The notes: generated by a model not told the origin, from the sequence alone. A DNA stretch of 64,000 bases from Leptolyngbyaceae cyanobacterium (GCA_965263355.1 CBDHHL010000056.1:2208001-2272000), one strand, 5' to 3'; shown: positions 42,997 to 53,668, counted from the stretch's first letter. Made by a program: numbers and translations.

Positions 42997-44421
42997 ATGT
43001 CTAACAATCTTGTTGCGGTGGCCTATTTGGTCGCTATTGTTCTCTTCATTTTGAGTTTGGGTGGGCTTTCTAACCAAGAGTCCGCCAAGCGTGGCAATAT
43101 TTACGGCATCATCGGTATGGTGATTGCCCTGGTGGCTACAGCCCTGAGTGCTCAACTAACAGCCTATGGTCTTTTGGTGGCGGCAATCTTGCCCGCTGTT
43201 GCCCTTGGCGGCTTGGTGGCATCCCGTGTAGAAATGACTGAAATGCCTGAACTGGTAGCTATTCTTCACAGCTTTGTGGGCCTGGCCGCTGTGCTGGTTG
43301 GTTTGGCTAGCTATTTAGGTCCCGATCCCACCCTGGTAGGTGCCGAGGAAACCATCCACAAGCTGGAAATCTATATCGGTATCTTTATTGGTGCTCTGAC
43401 GTTTACGGGGTCTGTGGTTGCCTTTGGTAAGCTACGAACAATTATTAGTAGTAAACCCTTGATGTTGCCTGCTCGGCACTTGTTGAATGTTGCCATGCTG
43501 GTGGGCACAGTTGTTCTCGGCGTTGGTTTTATGGCCGCTGAGGGTACTGATGGATTTGGCTATGTGCTGGGTATGGTGGCGATCGCATCCCTGCTCGGCA
43601 TTCATCTTGTCGCTGCCATCGGTGGTGCCGATATGCCGGTGGTAATCTCCATGCTCAACAGCTATTCTGGCTGGGCGGCGGCGGCGGCAGGCTTTATGCT
43701 TTCCAATGACCTGTTGATTGTAACTGGTGCATTGGTGGGTAGTAGCGGTGCCATCCTGAGCTACATCATGTGTGAGGCGATGAATCGTTCTTTCTTTAGT
43801 GTGATCTTGGGCGGATTTGGTCAAGGATCTGGCAAGGGCAGTGCTAAAGCTGTTGAGGGTACGGTGACTGAAACTGATGTTAACGAAACCATTGAGCTGC
43901 TGGCGGATGCGCAGAGTGTGATTATCACTCCTGGTTACGGTATGGCTGTAGCCCAGGCTCAGCATGCGGTATCAGATATTACGCGCCTTTTGACTCAGCG
44001 GGGTGTGAATGTGCGGTTTGGAATTCACCCAGTAGCAGGTCGTTTGCCAGGACATATGAATGTGTTGTTGGCTGAGGCAAATGTGCCCTATGACATTGTG
44101 TTAGAGATGGATGAAATCAATGAGGATTTCTCTGAAACAGATGTTGTTCTTGTTATTGGTGCTAACGATACGGTGAACCCCAGTGCAATGGAAGATCCGG
44201 AGAGCCCTATTGCTGGGATGCCCGTGTTGGAAGTGTGGAATGCTCGCAATGTTGTTGTGATGAAGCGGGGTATGTCGGCTGGCTATGCTGGTGTGGCAAA
44301 TCCGTTGTTCTTTAAGGAGAATACTCAAATGTTGTTTGGTGATGCGAAGGCAAATACCAATGCGATTTTGGGTAAGTTGCAGGAGACTGCGACGGAGTCT
44401 CCTAAGTTAGCGACGGCTTAG
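42997..44421 (+). CDS. pntB: NAD(P) transhydrogenase subunit beta
   Basis: [60 protein letters not shown]. Confidence 0.98.
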   Translation: MSNNLVAVAYLVAIVLFILSLGGLSNQESAKRGNIYGIIGMVIALVATALSAQLTAYGLLVAAILPAVALGGLVASRVEMTEMPELVAILHSFVGLAAVLVGLASYLGPDPTLVGAEETIHKLEIYIGIFIGALTFTGSVVAFGKLRTIISSKPLMLPARHLLNVAMLVGTVVLGVGFMAAEGTDGFGYVLGMVAIASLLGIHLVAAIGGADMPVVISMLNSYSGWAAAAAGFMLSNDLLIVTGALVGSSGAILSYIMCEAMNRSFFSVILGGFGQGSGKGSAKAVEGTVTETDVNETIELLADAQSVIITPGYGMAVAQAQHAVSDITRLLTQRGVNVRFGIHPVAGRLPGHMNVLLAEANVPYDIVLEMDEINEDFSETDVVLVIGANDTVNPSAMEDPESPIAGMPVLEVWNARNVVVMKRGMSAGYAGVANPLFFKENTQMLFGDAKANTNAILGKLQETATESPKLATA

Positions 44422-44470
44422 CAACGAGCTGTAAGCGGTATCGGTAAAACGATTCATCATCTTCTAAATC

Positions 44471-44530
44471 ATGACAAGCCCTCGATGTCTAGCATCGGGG
44501 GTTTGTTGTTTCTGGAATTCTGATCATCTG
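44471..44530 (+). terminator. pntB terminator; first copy of a 60-bp diverged direct repeat
   Basis: ACAAGCCCTCGATG-tctag-CATCGGGGGTTTGT-TGTTT; 50/60 identical to 45750-45809. Confidence 0.7.
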
Positions 44531-44544
44531 CACTCACTAATGCA

Positions 44545-44570
44545 GGGCAACCACAGGGGATTGCCCCTAC
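44545..44570 (-). repeat. GTAG-family REP element
   Basis: Minus strand GTAG-GGGCAATCCCCTGTGGTTGCCC. Confidence 0.7.
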
Positions 44571-44608
44571 GGTATTGTTCGTTTTTAATAGGAGAGGCTA
44601 TAGAACTC

Positions 44609-44964
44609 CTAACCCAGGATGTTTGACAACAGCTTGGACAAAGCCTGTTTGTCCTGCTCTGACAAAGCTCGTAACTGCTTCAAAATCAGATCTTTTTCAA
44701 CAGTCATAATAATCGGCTTCAGCACTGATGGCTTCAACAGACCTGCTGTTTGCCAATCTTGAATGACTACATTATCAGCGTAATTCGTTGCACTTATCTG
44801 GCTAGTAATCGCCATCAATAGAATATCGATGTGTCGCTGATTATAAGCATCTGAGCTAACAATGACCGCTGGGCGTTTTTTGCTTGCTGTCTGGTTAGTT
44901 TGCTTGCTGTCTGGTTAGTACATGGAAATGGGACCAAGACAACGTCGCCAAATTTATAGGTCAT
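44609..44964 (-). pseudogene. PemK/MazF-family toxin, frameshifted by a 20-bp tandem duplication
   Basis: Removing one copy of the 20-mer at 44880-44919 restores MTYKFGDVVLVPFPCTNQTASKKRPAVIVSSDAYNQRHIDILLMAITSQ...GLLKPSVLKP. Confidence 0.88.
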
Positions 44965-45262
44965 TGTAAATATCGTCCTCTGGATTATCCCAAACCCGAG
45001 CAAAGGACGGTTCCGATACTTGCATAGCTGCGTAGGTTAAGGCTGGTTGCTCTTTAGTGGTATCAGCCAACGGTTGCGGCTGGCGTTGAGACATCTCGCC
45101 TGACAAGGCTAGTAACTCCTCCATTGTGGGTACGCTATCAGCCATTTGCAACCAGTTGATTAACGCCTCCCAGACCACAGGTGTCACTTGCACAGCTACC
45201 TTTTGCCCTGTGGTATCGACGACAAATTGAGCAGACTGCAATGCTTCTAAAACGGTGGTCAT
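44954..45262 (-). CDS. Putative antitoxin of the MazF-like toxin
   Basis: Overlaps the toxin start; acidic C-terminus SEPSFARVWDNPEDDIYNDL is typical of antitoxins paired with this PemK subfamily. Confidence 0.75.
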   Translation of the reverse strand: MTTVLEALQSAQFVVDTTGQKVAVQVTPVVWEALINWLQMADSVPTMEELLALSGEMSQRQPQPLADTTKEQPALTYAAMQVSEPSFARVWDNPEDDIYNDL

Positions 45263-45358
45263 GGCCGCTATGGATAAACTAAGCCTATTTTAACCTCGAC
45301 GTCCTCTATCTGTACAAAGAGCAAGGAATGCGCAGATAATTAAGAACCAACTGCCGAT

Positions 45359-45400
45359 CTCCCCTGCTCCCCTGTTCCCTTTCCCCTGCCCCCTTTCCCT
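45359..45400. repeat. Short tandem repeat (CTCCCCTG-like), STRR-type
   Basis: ctcccctgctcccctgttccctttcccctgccccctttccct. Confidence 0.6.
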
Positions 45401-45441
45401 TCTCTAATCCGAGAGCTGCTGTATTGCTCCGGAAAACTACC

Positions 45442-45660
45442 CTAACGCCACTGCTCACAGACTTCTTCCATAACGGTGACAACTTCACGGAGGGTGTCTT
45501 CGTTGCCATAGTGGAGGATGGCTGGGGCTAGTTTGGGGAGGTCTTCGATGAGGTTTTGGCGACGGCGGAAGGTGAGATCGTGGAGGATTTCGGACCAGTG
45601 GGTGAAAGGTATAGATTCCCAGTCAAAGCGCGGGAGAAAGGAACTGATGCTATTTGCTGT
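45442..45660 (-). pseudogene. 3'-terminal remnant of a larger helical-repeat protein gene
   Basis: ...HWSEILHDLTFRRRQNLIEDLPKLAPAILHYGNEDTLREVVTVMEEVCEQWR looks protein-like; the upstream part of the ORF runs through a hairpin and an IS end. Confidence 0.55.
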
Positions 45661-45749
45661 TCTGCTGGGTTCCATCCCAACTCCTGTTCGGCAAGGGTTT
45701 GACCCCCTATTCCTAGCTCCTGGACCACCTTGGCCATAAACTGACGACA

Positions 45750-45809
45750 ATGACAACCCCTTGATGTATAGCATCAGGGAGTTGTTGTTTATGAAATTCT
45801 GGTTATCTG
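45750..45809 (+). repeat. Second copy of the 60-bp terminator-containing direct repeat
   Basis: ATGACAACCCCTTGATGTATAGCATCAGGGAGTTGTTGTTTATGAAATTCTGGTTATCTG aligns to 44471-44530 without gaps. Confidence 0.8.
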
Positions 45810-45832
45810 AAGTGGCCCCATTTCTTTGGACA
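45808..45832. mobile_element. Isolated IS3-family terminal inverted repeat (remnant)
   Basis: TGAAGTGGCCCCATTTCTTTGGACA has the 5'-TG...CCCC...TGGACA shape of IS3 ends; no partner end or transposase found. Confidence 0.55.
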
Positions 45833-46037
45833 ACCTTGTAGGTCACTTAAGCTCTGCAAATCCTACACAAGTTTTATTATCTTTTTAGACTACGACTACA
45901 CTTTAACATACTCCATCGAATTCATAACAAATCTAATCGGGCGTTCGATAGTTGAGTGACTGATACGGTCGCACCTGATTATAGAAACTAAACCAAACTT
46001 TTTGACACTCTCGCTATCAGGCGTGGCTGACATATTT

Positions 46038-48776
46038 CTACAAGCTGATCAAGGCTGCTTTAAAGTGAGAAAAAGCTAATTTTAGCTCATCTGTGAGACC
46101 AGGATTGATTGTCTCTTTTTGTCTACCTAATTTTTCTAGAGCCTGACATAAGTTTTGAAGCACTACACCTCCCAGCGAAGCACTACTCGACTTCAGCGAA
46201 TGGGCATTGAACTCTATTTGTTCATAATCGCCTATTTGAATAGCCTTTACGAGCTGATCGACTAATGTTGACGCTTCGGTAATAAAAATCTCACGAACGT
46301 TAGAAAACGCTTCCGATTCTGAGCCGCCTAATGCTGCTAGCGTTGATGCAAGCACCGATCCATCTAAAGCTGGAACCTCTGAAGGGTTAGCCGATTCATG
46401 TGCCTGATTTAATGCAGCGATTAAATCAGGCACATGAATCGGCTTGCTAATATAATTACTCATTCCAGCAGCCAAACAACGCTCACGATCACCCTTCATT
46501 GCATTGGCTGTTAGGGCAATAATATAAGGCCGTTCCGTTGCAGGCCAGCGTTTACAAATCTCAGTTGTAGCAGTTAGTCCATCCATTTCAGGCATATGGA
46601 CATCCATCAGAATGACATCATAAGTTTGTCGCTTCAGAGCATCAATAGCTTCATATCCATTACCTACTAGGTCAGGACGATAACCCATTTTTCCAAGCCA
46701 TTGTTGGATCAGTTGCTGATTTACTAGATTGTCTTCTGCAACTAGAATCCGGAGAGGATGCTGCTGGGCTAGCGTATTGTCTAAATCAGTTTTATTGCTG
46801 GTTAGTTTGGGTGTTTGGATCTTACGAGGCTGTTTGCTAAGCACCTGGGTAAGAACATCGTATAAGTGGGCCTGTTTAATAGGCTTATTAAGAAATGCCT
46901 GAAAGTCGGCCTTTTGCAACGCATCGTCATCCAGTTCTGGTTTTCCTACAGACGTTAACATTACTAAAGGAAGAGTCTTCCCATAAGACTTAGTACGAAT
47001 CTCATTTGCCAGCGTCAGCCCATCCACCTCTGGCATATGCATATCTAGAATGGCTGCATCAAAGTCATTTTGATGGCAACTTAGCATACCAAGAGCTTCA
47101 TAAGCAGACTGGGCCACCGTTGGTTGCATCCCCCAGGATTGCGTTTGAAGAGTTAATATTTTCCGGTTGGTGGCATTATCATCCACAATAAGAACTCGTT
47201 TTTCCTTAAGCTGATAGGACTCACAAGCTGTCTCAGAGTCTGAAGATGGGAGAACTTCAGCAACAATTGAAAATGAAAAACAAGATCCTTGCCCTACAGT
47301 GCTAGTAACACTCATGGTACCTCCCATAAGGTCACACAGCTGTTTGCTAATTGCTAAACCTAGACCTGTACCACCATACTTTCGAGTAGTGGAAGAGTCC
47401 ACCTGACTAAAGGACCTGAAAAGCTTGCTCATCTTATCGGCAGGAATACCAATACCGGTATCTTGTACATCAAAATTAACCCTGATGTAGTCCTTCTTGA
47501 TAGTCGAGTCTATGTTTGATGAAGGATCGGGTGTAAACGGCGATGTGTGGATTTTAATGAGTACTTCTCCTTCATCAGTAAACTTGATTGCATTACTAAC
47601 TAGGTTGACTAAAATTTGGCGTAGGCGAGTGACATCTCCTACCAATCGGTTAGGTATTGCTGAATCTGCCAAGTAAGCTAATTCTAGATTTTTTGCAGAT
47701 GCTTTAGTTGCCAGCAAGTCTAAGGCTTCCTCAATACAGGTTCGAAGCTCGAACGGATATTCTTCCATATCCAGCTTGCCTGCCTCAATCTTTGAAAAGT
47801 CAAGGATATCGTTAATGATGATGAGTAGAGAATTACAGCAGTTTCGAATTGTCTCTGAAAAGTTTCGCTGCTCTCGGGTAAGGTTAGTATCGAGCAATAG
47901 GCCCGACATACCTAGAATCCCATTCATGGGGGTGCGAATTTCGTGGCTCATAGTAGCCAAGAAATCACTTTTGGATTGGGCGGCCGCAATCGCCTCATCA
48001 CGCGAGATTGCCAAACCGACTAAGTTTTCCTGCAGTTGGTCAGCCATCTGATTAAGGGCACGACTGACTTGACCAATTTCGTCGGGATACTTGATTTGAA
48101 TACGCTGCTCTAGATTTCCGGCCTCGCAGGATTGGGCAAACTTATTTAATGCTCTAAGAGGAGTCTGTACTTGTCGGTTAAACAACACAATTGTAAGCAA
48201 ACCTAACAGTGAACTTACAAGAAACGTAATTCTAACATTAAATAAAATAGCTAGTACCCTTTCCTGACGTAATCGCTGGTGAGAGTAGCCTAAACGAACT
48301 TCGCCCAATGGTTGCTCAGATAATTTGATGGGAACTTTTACATGGGTTATTTGGGGCAGGCTATCTAATTCGTTTAATAAGCTTAGGGGAGGATCAGATT
48401 GCGTATCTGATTTTGTTAAGGTCGAGGTAACTAACGAATTTCCAGAGTCAATAGACTGGGAGATAACTGTACCACTATTATCAACAATCACACTGTAGAC
48501 AATATCGATATCTTCTGTTGCCTTTTGCATTAGTGTTTCTAGGTACAAAAGATCTAGACTCAAAATTGCTTCTGGGACAACATCGCTAAGGAAGTCGGCT
48601 TTAGTTTCTACCTGATTGCGTAAGCTTTTTACTTGGCGCGCTTGGGTACGCTGAATTTGAACGAATCCAAAGACTAACTGTACGATTAGAGCAAAAGAAC
48701 CTGCAATAGTTAAGTAGCGTAGTGCGAGACTATGCTGAAATCGACTCAGAATTTTCTTTTGCACACTATTCATCAC
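46038..48776 (-). CDS. Hybrid sensor histidine kinase (TM-periplasmic-TM-HAMP-HisKA-HATPase-REC-REC-Hpt)
   Basis: [38 protein letters not shown], two receiver domains (LDMHMP, MDVHMP), AHSLKSSS. Confidence 0.96.
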   Translation of the reverse strand: MMNSVQKKILSRFQHSLALRYLTIAGSFALIVQLVFGFVQIQRTQARQVKSLRNQVETKADFLSDVVPEAILSLDLLYLETLMQKATEDIDIVYSVIVDNSGTVISQSIDSGNSLVTSTLTKSDTQSDPPLSLLNELDSLPQITHVKVPIKLSEQPLGEVRLGYSHQRLRQERVLAILFNVRITFLVSSLLGLLTIVLFNRQVQTPLRALNKFAQSCEAGNLEQRIQIKYPDEIGQVSRALNQMADQLQENLVGLAISRDEAIAAAQSKSDFLATMSHEIRTPMNGILGMSGLLLDTNLTREQRNFSETIRNCCNSLLIIINDILDFSKIEAGKLDMEEYPFELRTCIEEALDLLATKASAKNLELAYLADSAIPNRLVGDVTRLRQILVNLVSNAIKFTDEGEVLIKIHTSPFTPDPSSNIDSTIKKDYIRVNFDVQDTGIGIPADKMSKLFRSFSQVDSSTTRKYGGTGLGLAISKQLCDLMGGTMSVTSTVGQGSCFSFSIVAEVLPSSDSETACESYQLKEKRVLIVDDNATNRKILTLQTQSWGMQPTVAQSAYEALGMLSCHQNDFDAAILDMHMPEVDGLTLANEIRTKSYGKTLPLVMLTSVGKPELDDDALQKADFQAFLNKPIKQAHLYDVLTQVLSKQPRKIQTPKLTSNKTDLDNTLAQQHPLRILVAEDNLVNQQLIQQWLGKMGYRPDLVGNGYEAIDALKRQTYDVILMDVHMPEMDGLTATTEICKRWPATERPYIIALTANAMKGDRERCLAAGMSNYISKPIHVPDLIAALNQAHESANPSEVPALDGSVLASTLAALGGSESEAFSNVREIFITEASTLVDQLVKAIQIGDYEQIEFNAHSLKSSSASLGGVVLQNLCQALEKLGRQKETINPGLTDELKLAFSHFKAALISL

Positions 48777-49177
48777 AGATAAATCCCTACAACAAATAAG
48801 TAAATATCACTGGTTTCATACATACGCTCTATTGCCATGGATCCACTGGATTGTTTCAGCAAAGCTTTTACACTAAGTTGAAATCGTAATTTCTTTTATT
48901 GACTAGTACAGCAATTATAAAACAGCGAAACATACCTAGAATTCAAAGCCTTTATTCTGGAAAGGTTTACAGCTTTTATGATGTTGCATTGTTTATTATT
49001 TTCGGTACTAGTGCAGCGTCAAAGCTTAATTTTAGGGTGACCTCCTTTTGGAAAGACTTCTGTGTAAGATCTAAAGAGATCGCTAACCCTAATTTTTAGT
49101 CTTGACAGAGCACCAGGCAATAGCTCAAAAATGGATTAAGTACAGATGGGATTGAGTTTTTTTTTATAAAGGCCCCA

Positions 49178-50176
49178 TTATTGGACATCAGCATCCCAAC
49201 TCTTTAGCTTTAGGGTCTCAATCAGATGGTTAAGTTGACTGTAGTCTACTGCTGGAACAAAGCCTTCTACCTTTAAAGTTGTTAATGCAGGATGATCGGA
49301 CGATAGCTGGATCAGTGCTGTTTGCACTTGATTAACTAACTCAGGTTCAGTATCTGACAAAGCCGCAACTGGCCATTCGGGATAAAGCTCCGTAGTGTGA
49401 GGATACAAGAACTCATCATCTGAAACATCGATAATTCGTACCTCATCTAAGCTGGACAGCAAACCCTTATTTACCATCTTCTCAAGCTGGCCAGTGCGGA
49501 TAAATCCAACGTCAATGCTACTATTGAGTAATGCTAAAACAATATTATCTTGAGATTTATTTTCAATAAAGCTACTGAAGTCTTTGTGGGGATCAAAGCC
49601 TTCTTGGAGTAGATGATAAATTTGAAACGTACATCCTGCTGCTGCTGTCTGAAAATTCACACAGGCCGCACGCTTACCTTTTAGATCCTCAATATCCTCA
49701 ATATTATCAATATCACTGTCACGGTCTACTATAATTAGGCCGCTAAATTGTGTCCCAGTTTTAGGGCGGGTGTGGGTGACTAAAAATTCTGTTTCATACA
49801 GTCTCTGAATCTGGACAGCGGCTAGAGGATTATTGGTTGTAAAATCTAGCGCTCCTTCTTCTACCTTTGTAAATTGGCTTTCTTGTGAAAGAATTACTAA
49901 TTCTACGGGGCGTTTGATCTGAGATGATAAATAGTCCATAAGAGGACCATATCGTTCATGTACCGATACGGCACTATCAATAGCCAGCACTCCAAAGTAA
50001 ACGGGATCTGGCTCTGAAAGACTATCCTCTTGAGCTGTCTGAGGTCTGTCTATCTCATCATTTTTTAAGGCTGAAGTATCTGAGCTACATGCTGCACAAA
50101 CCAACATAAAACATACAAAGATGATTATTCTAAGGCTGGCATTTTTTTTTAAGAAAACGTGCATAGCTTCTAGCAT
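49178..50176 (-). CDS. PhnD/SsuA-like substrate-binding lipoprotein (TtrS-sensor-domain-like)
   Basis: Lipobox VCAAC; DFTTNNP, DNIVLALLN..IDVGFIRTGQLEKM, TELYPEWPVAAL. Confidence 0.85.
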   Translation of the reverse strand: MLEAMHVFLKKNASLRIIIFVCFMLVCAACSSDTSALKNDEIDRPQTAQEDSLSEPDPVYFGVLAIDSAVSVHERYGPLMDYLSSQIKRPVELVILSQESQFTKVEEGALDFTTNNPLAAVQIQRLYETEFLVTHTRPKTGTQFSGLIIVDRDSDIDNIEDIEDLKGKRAACVNFQTAAAGCTFQIYHLLQEGFDPHKDFSSFIENKSQDNIVLALLNSSIDVGFIRTGQLEKMVNKGLLSSLDEVRIIDVSDDEFLYPHTTELYPEWPVAALSDTEPELVNQVQTALIQLSSDHPALTTLKVEGFVPAVDYSQLNHLIETLKLKSWDADVQ

Positions 50177-50553
50177 TTACGTGAATGACATCAAAGCAGG
50201 TACGCTTACTAGAAAAGGTCCCTGCATGTTTCTATAGTTAGAATATGCCTTTTTTCTTGAGCAAACTAACAGCATCCATAGGAGAAATCGAAAAGGTAGT
50301 AGGGGATACGTTCTTCCTAAATGTCTTTTTTATTCATTGAATTTTTCGGGTATCAAGGTAAGCCACAAAAGTATTTGCGTATGAGGGATTCGACTGCTGT
50401 GCTTTAGATGACCTGCGGGGCATCGGTAAATCACCGACATGTTTGAGAATTCACTCAAATATGTCCGAAAAAGGATGACCAAAGAGTCACTGAGTTGCGG
50501 TGGTACCATCGGGTCATTTGAGATCGAACTTATGAAAATAGTGAGGACCTTGA

Positions 50554-50987
50554 GAGATTGCTCAGAAAATCCCCGACTGGCATGGTGAAGCTTGGAGAGA
50601 TACCCAATTTTTCAAGAATCGAGTCTCAAATGAGACTATTATCCAGTCTTGTTTCTGGCCCTCAGAATTTAAAGCGAATAACCCTAGTCCATGTTGTTGG
50701 TTTTAGAGCTGGGTATTCTGCAAGTTAGGCCATTGTTTTAGCCATATCTTGCTTTTACCAAAAGGCATAGCACTTAAGATTGCAGATCAAGTTTTTGAGA
50801 CTAGGCATAGTTTCAGCTCTGGCAAATTCAATGATGAGCAAGAGGTTGCATCCATCTCACTGACCATCGACTCAAAAATATGTTTAGCCTTAGCACGAGT
50901 TTTGGCGCGCTCACGATTATCAGCTATCTGCTTCTTGATGAGTAGACGATTGCGATAGGCACGTTCGTTGAGGTGACTCCCTGACAA
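50554..50987 (-). mobile_element. Degraded IS5-family element: transposase C-terminus and probable right end
   Basis: ERAYRNR....QIADNRERAKTRAKAKHIF...SEM, then after a frameshift ARAETMPSLKNLICNLKCYAFW*KQ; candidate end GAGATTGCTCAGAAAATCC near 50554. Confidence 0.75.
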
Positions 50988-51021
50988 TTCTAATTTCTGA
51001 CTATGCTCTCATATTGTCACT

Positions 51022-51729
51022 CTACTTTTGCATTAATTGAGGTGTCCTAATGTGAGGGATAAAAGCTTTCTTCATATCAAGACATTGCCAATCGACAACT
51101 CTCTGCTCAGCAACTTTCTCGGCTCGCTGATAATCATCTGGTTTGGGTGGCAATAGTTGTTTTGTTTTTACGTAGTACACAGTTGCCAAAAACTCTCGTA
51201 TGATTTGTTTTCGCCATTTTGAAAATTCTAGCCTGACCGGTTTGGCAACAACCTCAAACCCAAGATTGCGATAGAGCAATGTAGTCCGACCTGTGTGTAA
51301 ACCATCGGTCACTAGCAAAATTTTAGGTTTCTCTGAAGAGGTCTGATCAAACGGCATATGCCGCTTAGTATAGAACGCATTTTGCCAGGTGGTAGCAGAA
51401 CAGGCTTCACCACTCACATTTGCAGCCGGTACTCCCATTTCCTTTGCAAGGTCAACAAGCACCGGTGCATCATTGGCACCGCTCATAAAGATATGGGGAG
51501 CCCGGCCAGCCTTCCATAGGTTGACTGCGGCCTTTGCCCGGTCAAGGTTATAGTCAGTTCCACGACCTACAACAACAATGGCATCTACGGCTTTACCACT
51601 GTCTGGCCGAGCGACAAGCAGGCGTAATCCTCGATTAACCCACCAGGGTGAAAGCCCCGCAATCAGTAACATACCAATCAGCCATCGAATCGCATGACTT
51701 ACCGGATGTTTGCACTTAAGGCAACGCAT
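51022..51729 (-). CDS. YdcF/ElyC (DUF218) family protein
   Basis: DAIVVVGRG, MSG..DA, E.CSATTWQNA, LLVTDGLH..R. Confidence 0.88.
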   Translation of the reverse strand: MRCLKCKHPVSHAIRWLIGMLLIAGLSPWWVNRGLRLLVARPDSGKAVDAIVVVGRGTDYNLDRAKAAVNLWKAGRAPHIFMSGANDAPVLVDLAKEMGVPAANVSGEACSATTWQNAFYTKRHMPFDQTSSEKPKILLVTDGLHTGRTTLLYRNLGFEVVAKPVRLEFSKWRKQIIREFLATVYYVKTKQLLPPKPDDYQRAEKVAEQRVVDWQCLDMKKAFIPHIRTPQLMQK

Positions 51730-51919
51730 AGACGTAGCAAAGATAATTAGCTAACAACAGCGCCCACCTTATAAGGAATTAGCACCTTTTATTTAGATAC
51801 ATCTGAGACCTGCAGAAGCCGGGATCAGGGAAACCGCACTATGAAAATTGATGTGCGCTTAAAGTTTTAATTATTTTTAGTCCTAACTCTGCAGCAACGT
51901 CTGATGGGGTAGTGTGCTT

Positions 51920-52435
51920 TTAAGGTATGGTCAGCAGATTACGCTCGCCACTCGCCAAGCCACAGACCTCTCCTACCACTCTAGAAATAACAATCCGTAA
52001 GTCATTATTATCAGCCCCTCTATTCAACTCTTCTAATAATCGCCCAGACGATGTCGCTCCCGCTTGAAAGGATACGTCAGCGTCCCACTCTAGAGCTAAT
52101 TTCTGGTGATATTGCAATAGAGCTTTCTCTTTGGCTGAATAGGCGGGTAATTGAGATTGAAAGCCGCTGCAGTAGGAAACAAGCGCTGTCGATACTAAAT
52201 TATCTGATTCGCCCTGAGCTAAAACATCCGCTGGATTAGCAAATGTCATCAAACTAAATTCGCCCTGAGCTAAAACATCCGCTGGATTAGCAAATGTCAT
52301 CAAACTAAAGATTCCTAGGATGATAGAGAAAATCAAGATAGAGAGCTGTCTGGGCATAGATAAGCTGATGTTTAATTTTTTATGACTATCAGCGAACATA
52401 CTATTAGTTTGGCTAAGGCATATGTTCTTCAACAC
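51920..52435 (-). CDS. Hypothetical secreted protein with internal 17-aa duplication; start uncertain
   Basis: Hydrophobic signal-like segment; FSLMTFANPADVLAQGE occurs twice. Confidence 0.55.
   Translation of the reverse strand: MLKNICLSQTNSMFADSHKKLNISLSMPRQLSILIFSIILGIFSLMTFANPADVLAQGEFSLMTFANPADVLAQGESDNLVSTALVSYCSGFQSQLPAYSAKEKALLQYHQKLALEWDADVSFQAGATSSGRLLEELNRGADNNDLRIVISRVVGEVCGLASGERNLLTIP
52207..52309. repeat. Exact 51-bp tandem duplication
   Basis: 52207-52257 equals 52258-52308. Confidence 0.95.
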
Positions 52436-52674
52436 ACAATTCTTAGCTCATTCAAAGGCAATAATGTTTATAGATTAAGCAAGTGCTCCAAGTGTTGAAG
52501 CTACTTAGAGCACTTGCCTAATCAGTAGGATCTTATCGAGATCTGATACACAGTCTGCCTGCCAACCCTCGGCTTCCCAGGGTTAGAATGCGACGTGAAC
52601 TCAGTCAAACGCATCAGGCGCGCCTCTACAGAATTACCTATTGCTAATCAGGTTTGAGGAACTTAGATTTTGCA

Positions 52675-53078
52675 TTATTGATGATCTGCAGACTGGTTGA
52701 TAAACGCCTGTGGTCCGGTGTAACCAGAAGCGGTGGCCAAGGATTGCAAGGACTGTACTCCAGGGTAGGTTTGGCCATTGATTTCCCAGGTGGGATAGCT
52801 TTGCACACCGGCTGCTCGACAGGCATTGGGTTGTGGTTCTACACCTTCCTCGTCACACTCTACATAGGTCAAATATTCAAAGGCTTGCTTACCAAAGAGT
52901 GTCTGCTGTGCATGACAGTGGGGACACCACCAAGCTCCATATTTCTTGGCACCAACAGCTGTTAGGTGCTTAGCCAGCGCAATTTCTGAGTCACCAGAGC
53001 TGGTTTCTACTGCAGGGGGTGGATTGCCAGCAGTAAACGTATCAGGGTTTTGGGCATAGGCATACGTTTACGTGCCAT
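52675..53078 (-). pseudogene. VKOR-thioredoxin fusion (SynDsbAB/LTO1-like) with the VKOR domain deleted
   Basis: Start MARKR at 53078 is out of frame with an intact thioredoxin-like domain: EIALAKHL...AKKYGAWWCPHCHAQQTLFGK...YVECD...CRAAGVQSYPTWEING. Confidence 0.82.
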
Positions 53079-53102
53079 GTTTCAACTATGTAGATCTACA
53101 AA

Positions 53103-53290
53103 TCAAATGCCTTCAATGGCATAGGCCAAATTTTGCAATTCTGCCGTCGGCAACTCTGCCACCAGGGCATAGAGATAATCCTCATCGCGCAAAGCACGAT
53201 GCCAGTACCATCAGGCTGTTGCAACGTCAGTTGGGCTGACTGAAATTCAGGAAACTCCTCCTCGCCTAAGACCAGCTGATAGGCAGACAC
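53103..53290 (-). pseudogene. Anti-sigma factor C-terminal remnant (frameshifted)
   Basis: VSAYQLVLG...PDGTGIVL, then in a shifted frame RDEDYLYALVAELPTAELQNLAYAIEGI*. Confidence 0.6.
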
Positions 53291-53516
53291 TGTGCAAACA
53301 CAAAAACACCTCTTGGGTTAAATCCTCCGCGTCTGCCACCCGCCGTAAGCCCTTTAACGCCAGACCATACACCAAACTGCCATAGCGATCATAGAGAATG
53401 CCTAGGGCAGATAAATCTCCGTTCCATAGCCGAGCGACTAGAGCTGCATCCGCCTCACGCGCCATCACCAATTGACCAGATTTATTCGTTTCATACACGG
53501 CCTGGATCACAGTCAT
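53291..53516 (-). pseudogene. ECF sigma factor N-terminal remnant (region 2 only)
   Basis: DAALVARL..GDLSALGILYDRYGSLVYGLAL..L....DAEDLTQEVFL; region 4 is absent. Confidence 0.85.
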
Positions 53517-53536
53517 ACCAATCAGGTTTCAATAGG

Positions 53537-53566
53537 TATACGGCTGCCAACTCCCACCGGATGCAC
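53537..53566 (-). promoter_or_regulatory. Putative ECF-sigma promoter, copy 1
   Basis: Minus strand TGCATCC-N16-CGTATA, about 20 nt upstream of the sigma ATG. Confidence 0.65.
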
Positions 53567-53638
53567 ATAAAAAAGGGAGCACCCAAACGTTCTCCCCTAC
53601 TTGCGTCACAGCCCCGTTTATTAGGGATTTGTTTTCTA

Positions 53639-53668
53639 TATACGGCTGCCAAATTACATCAGATGCAC
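53639..53668 (-). promoter_or_regulatory. Putative ECF-sigma promoter, copy 2
   Basis: Minus strand TGCATCT-N16-CGTATA; shares TTGGCAGCCGTATA with copy 1. Confidence 0.55.

Noticed and set aside
45442..45846. 134-aa ORF (and the overlapping 69-aa ORF) as intact genes
   Set aside because: The 134-aa frame runs through an IS end and a terminator copy, and only its last ~70 codons look protein-like. The 69-aa frame overlaps that stump, and its VVQELGIGGQTL stretch is too short to call an IS3 OrfA.
50380..50550. Hairpins upstream of the binding-protein gene as a riboswitch
   Set aside because: Local stems exist (GACATGTTTGAG/CTCAAATATGTC), but I could not match any riboswitch consensus; an Rfam cmscan would settle it.
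50700..50730. GTTTTAGAGCT...GCAAGTTA resembles the SpCas9 repeat/sgRNA scaffold
   Set aside because: Single short match, no array or cas gene, no proper repeat/anti-repeat pairing, and it lies inside the IS5 remnant; treated as chance.
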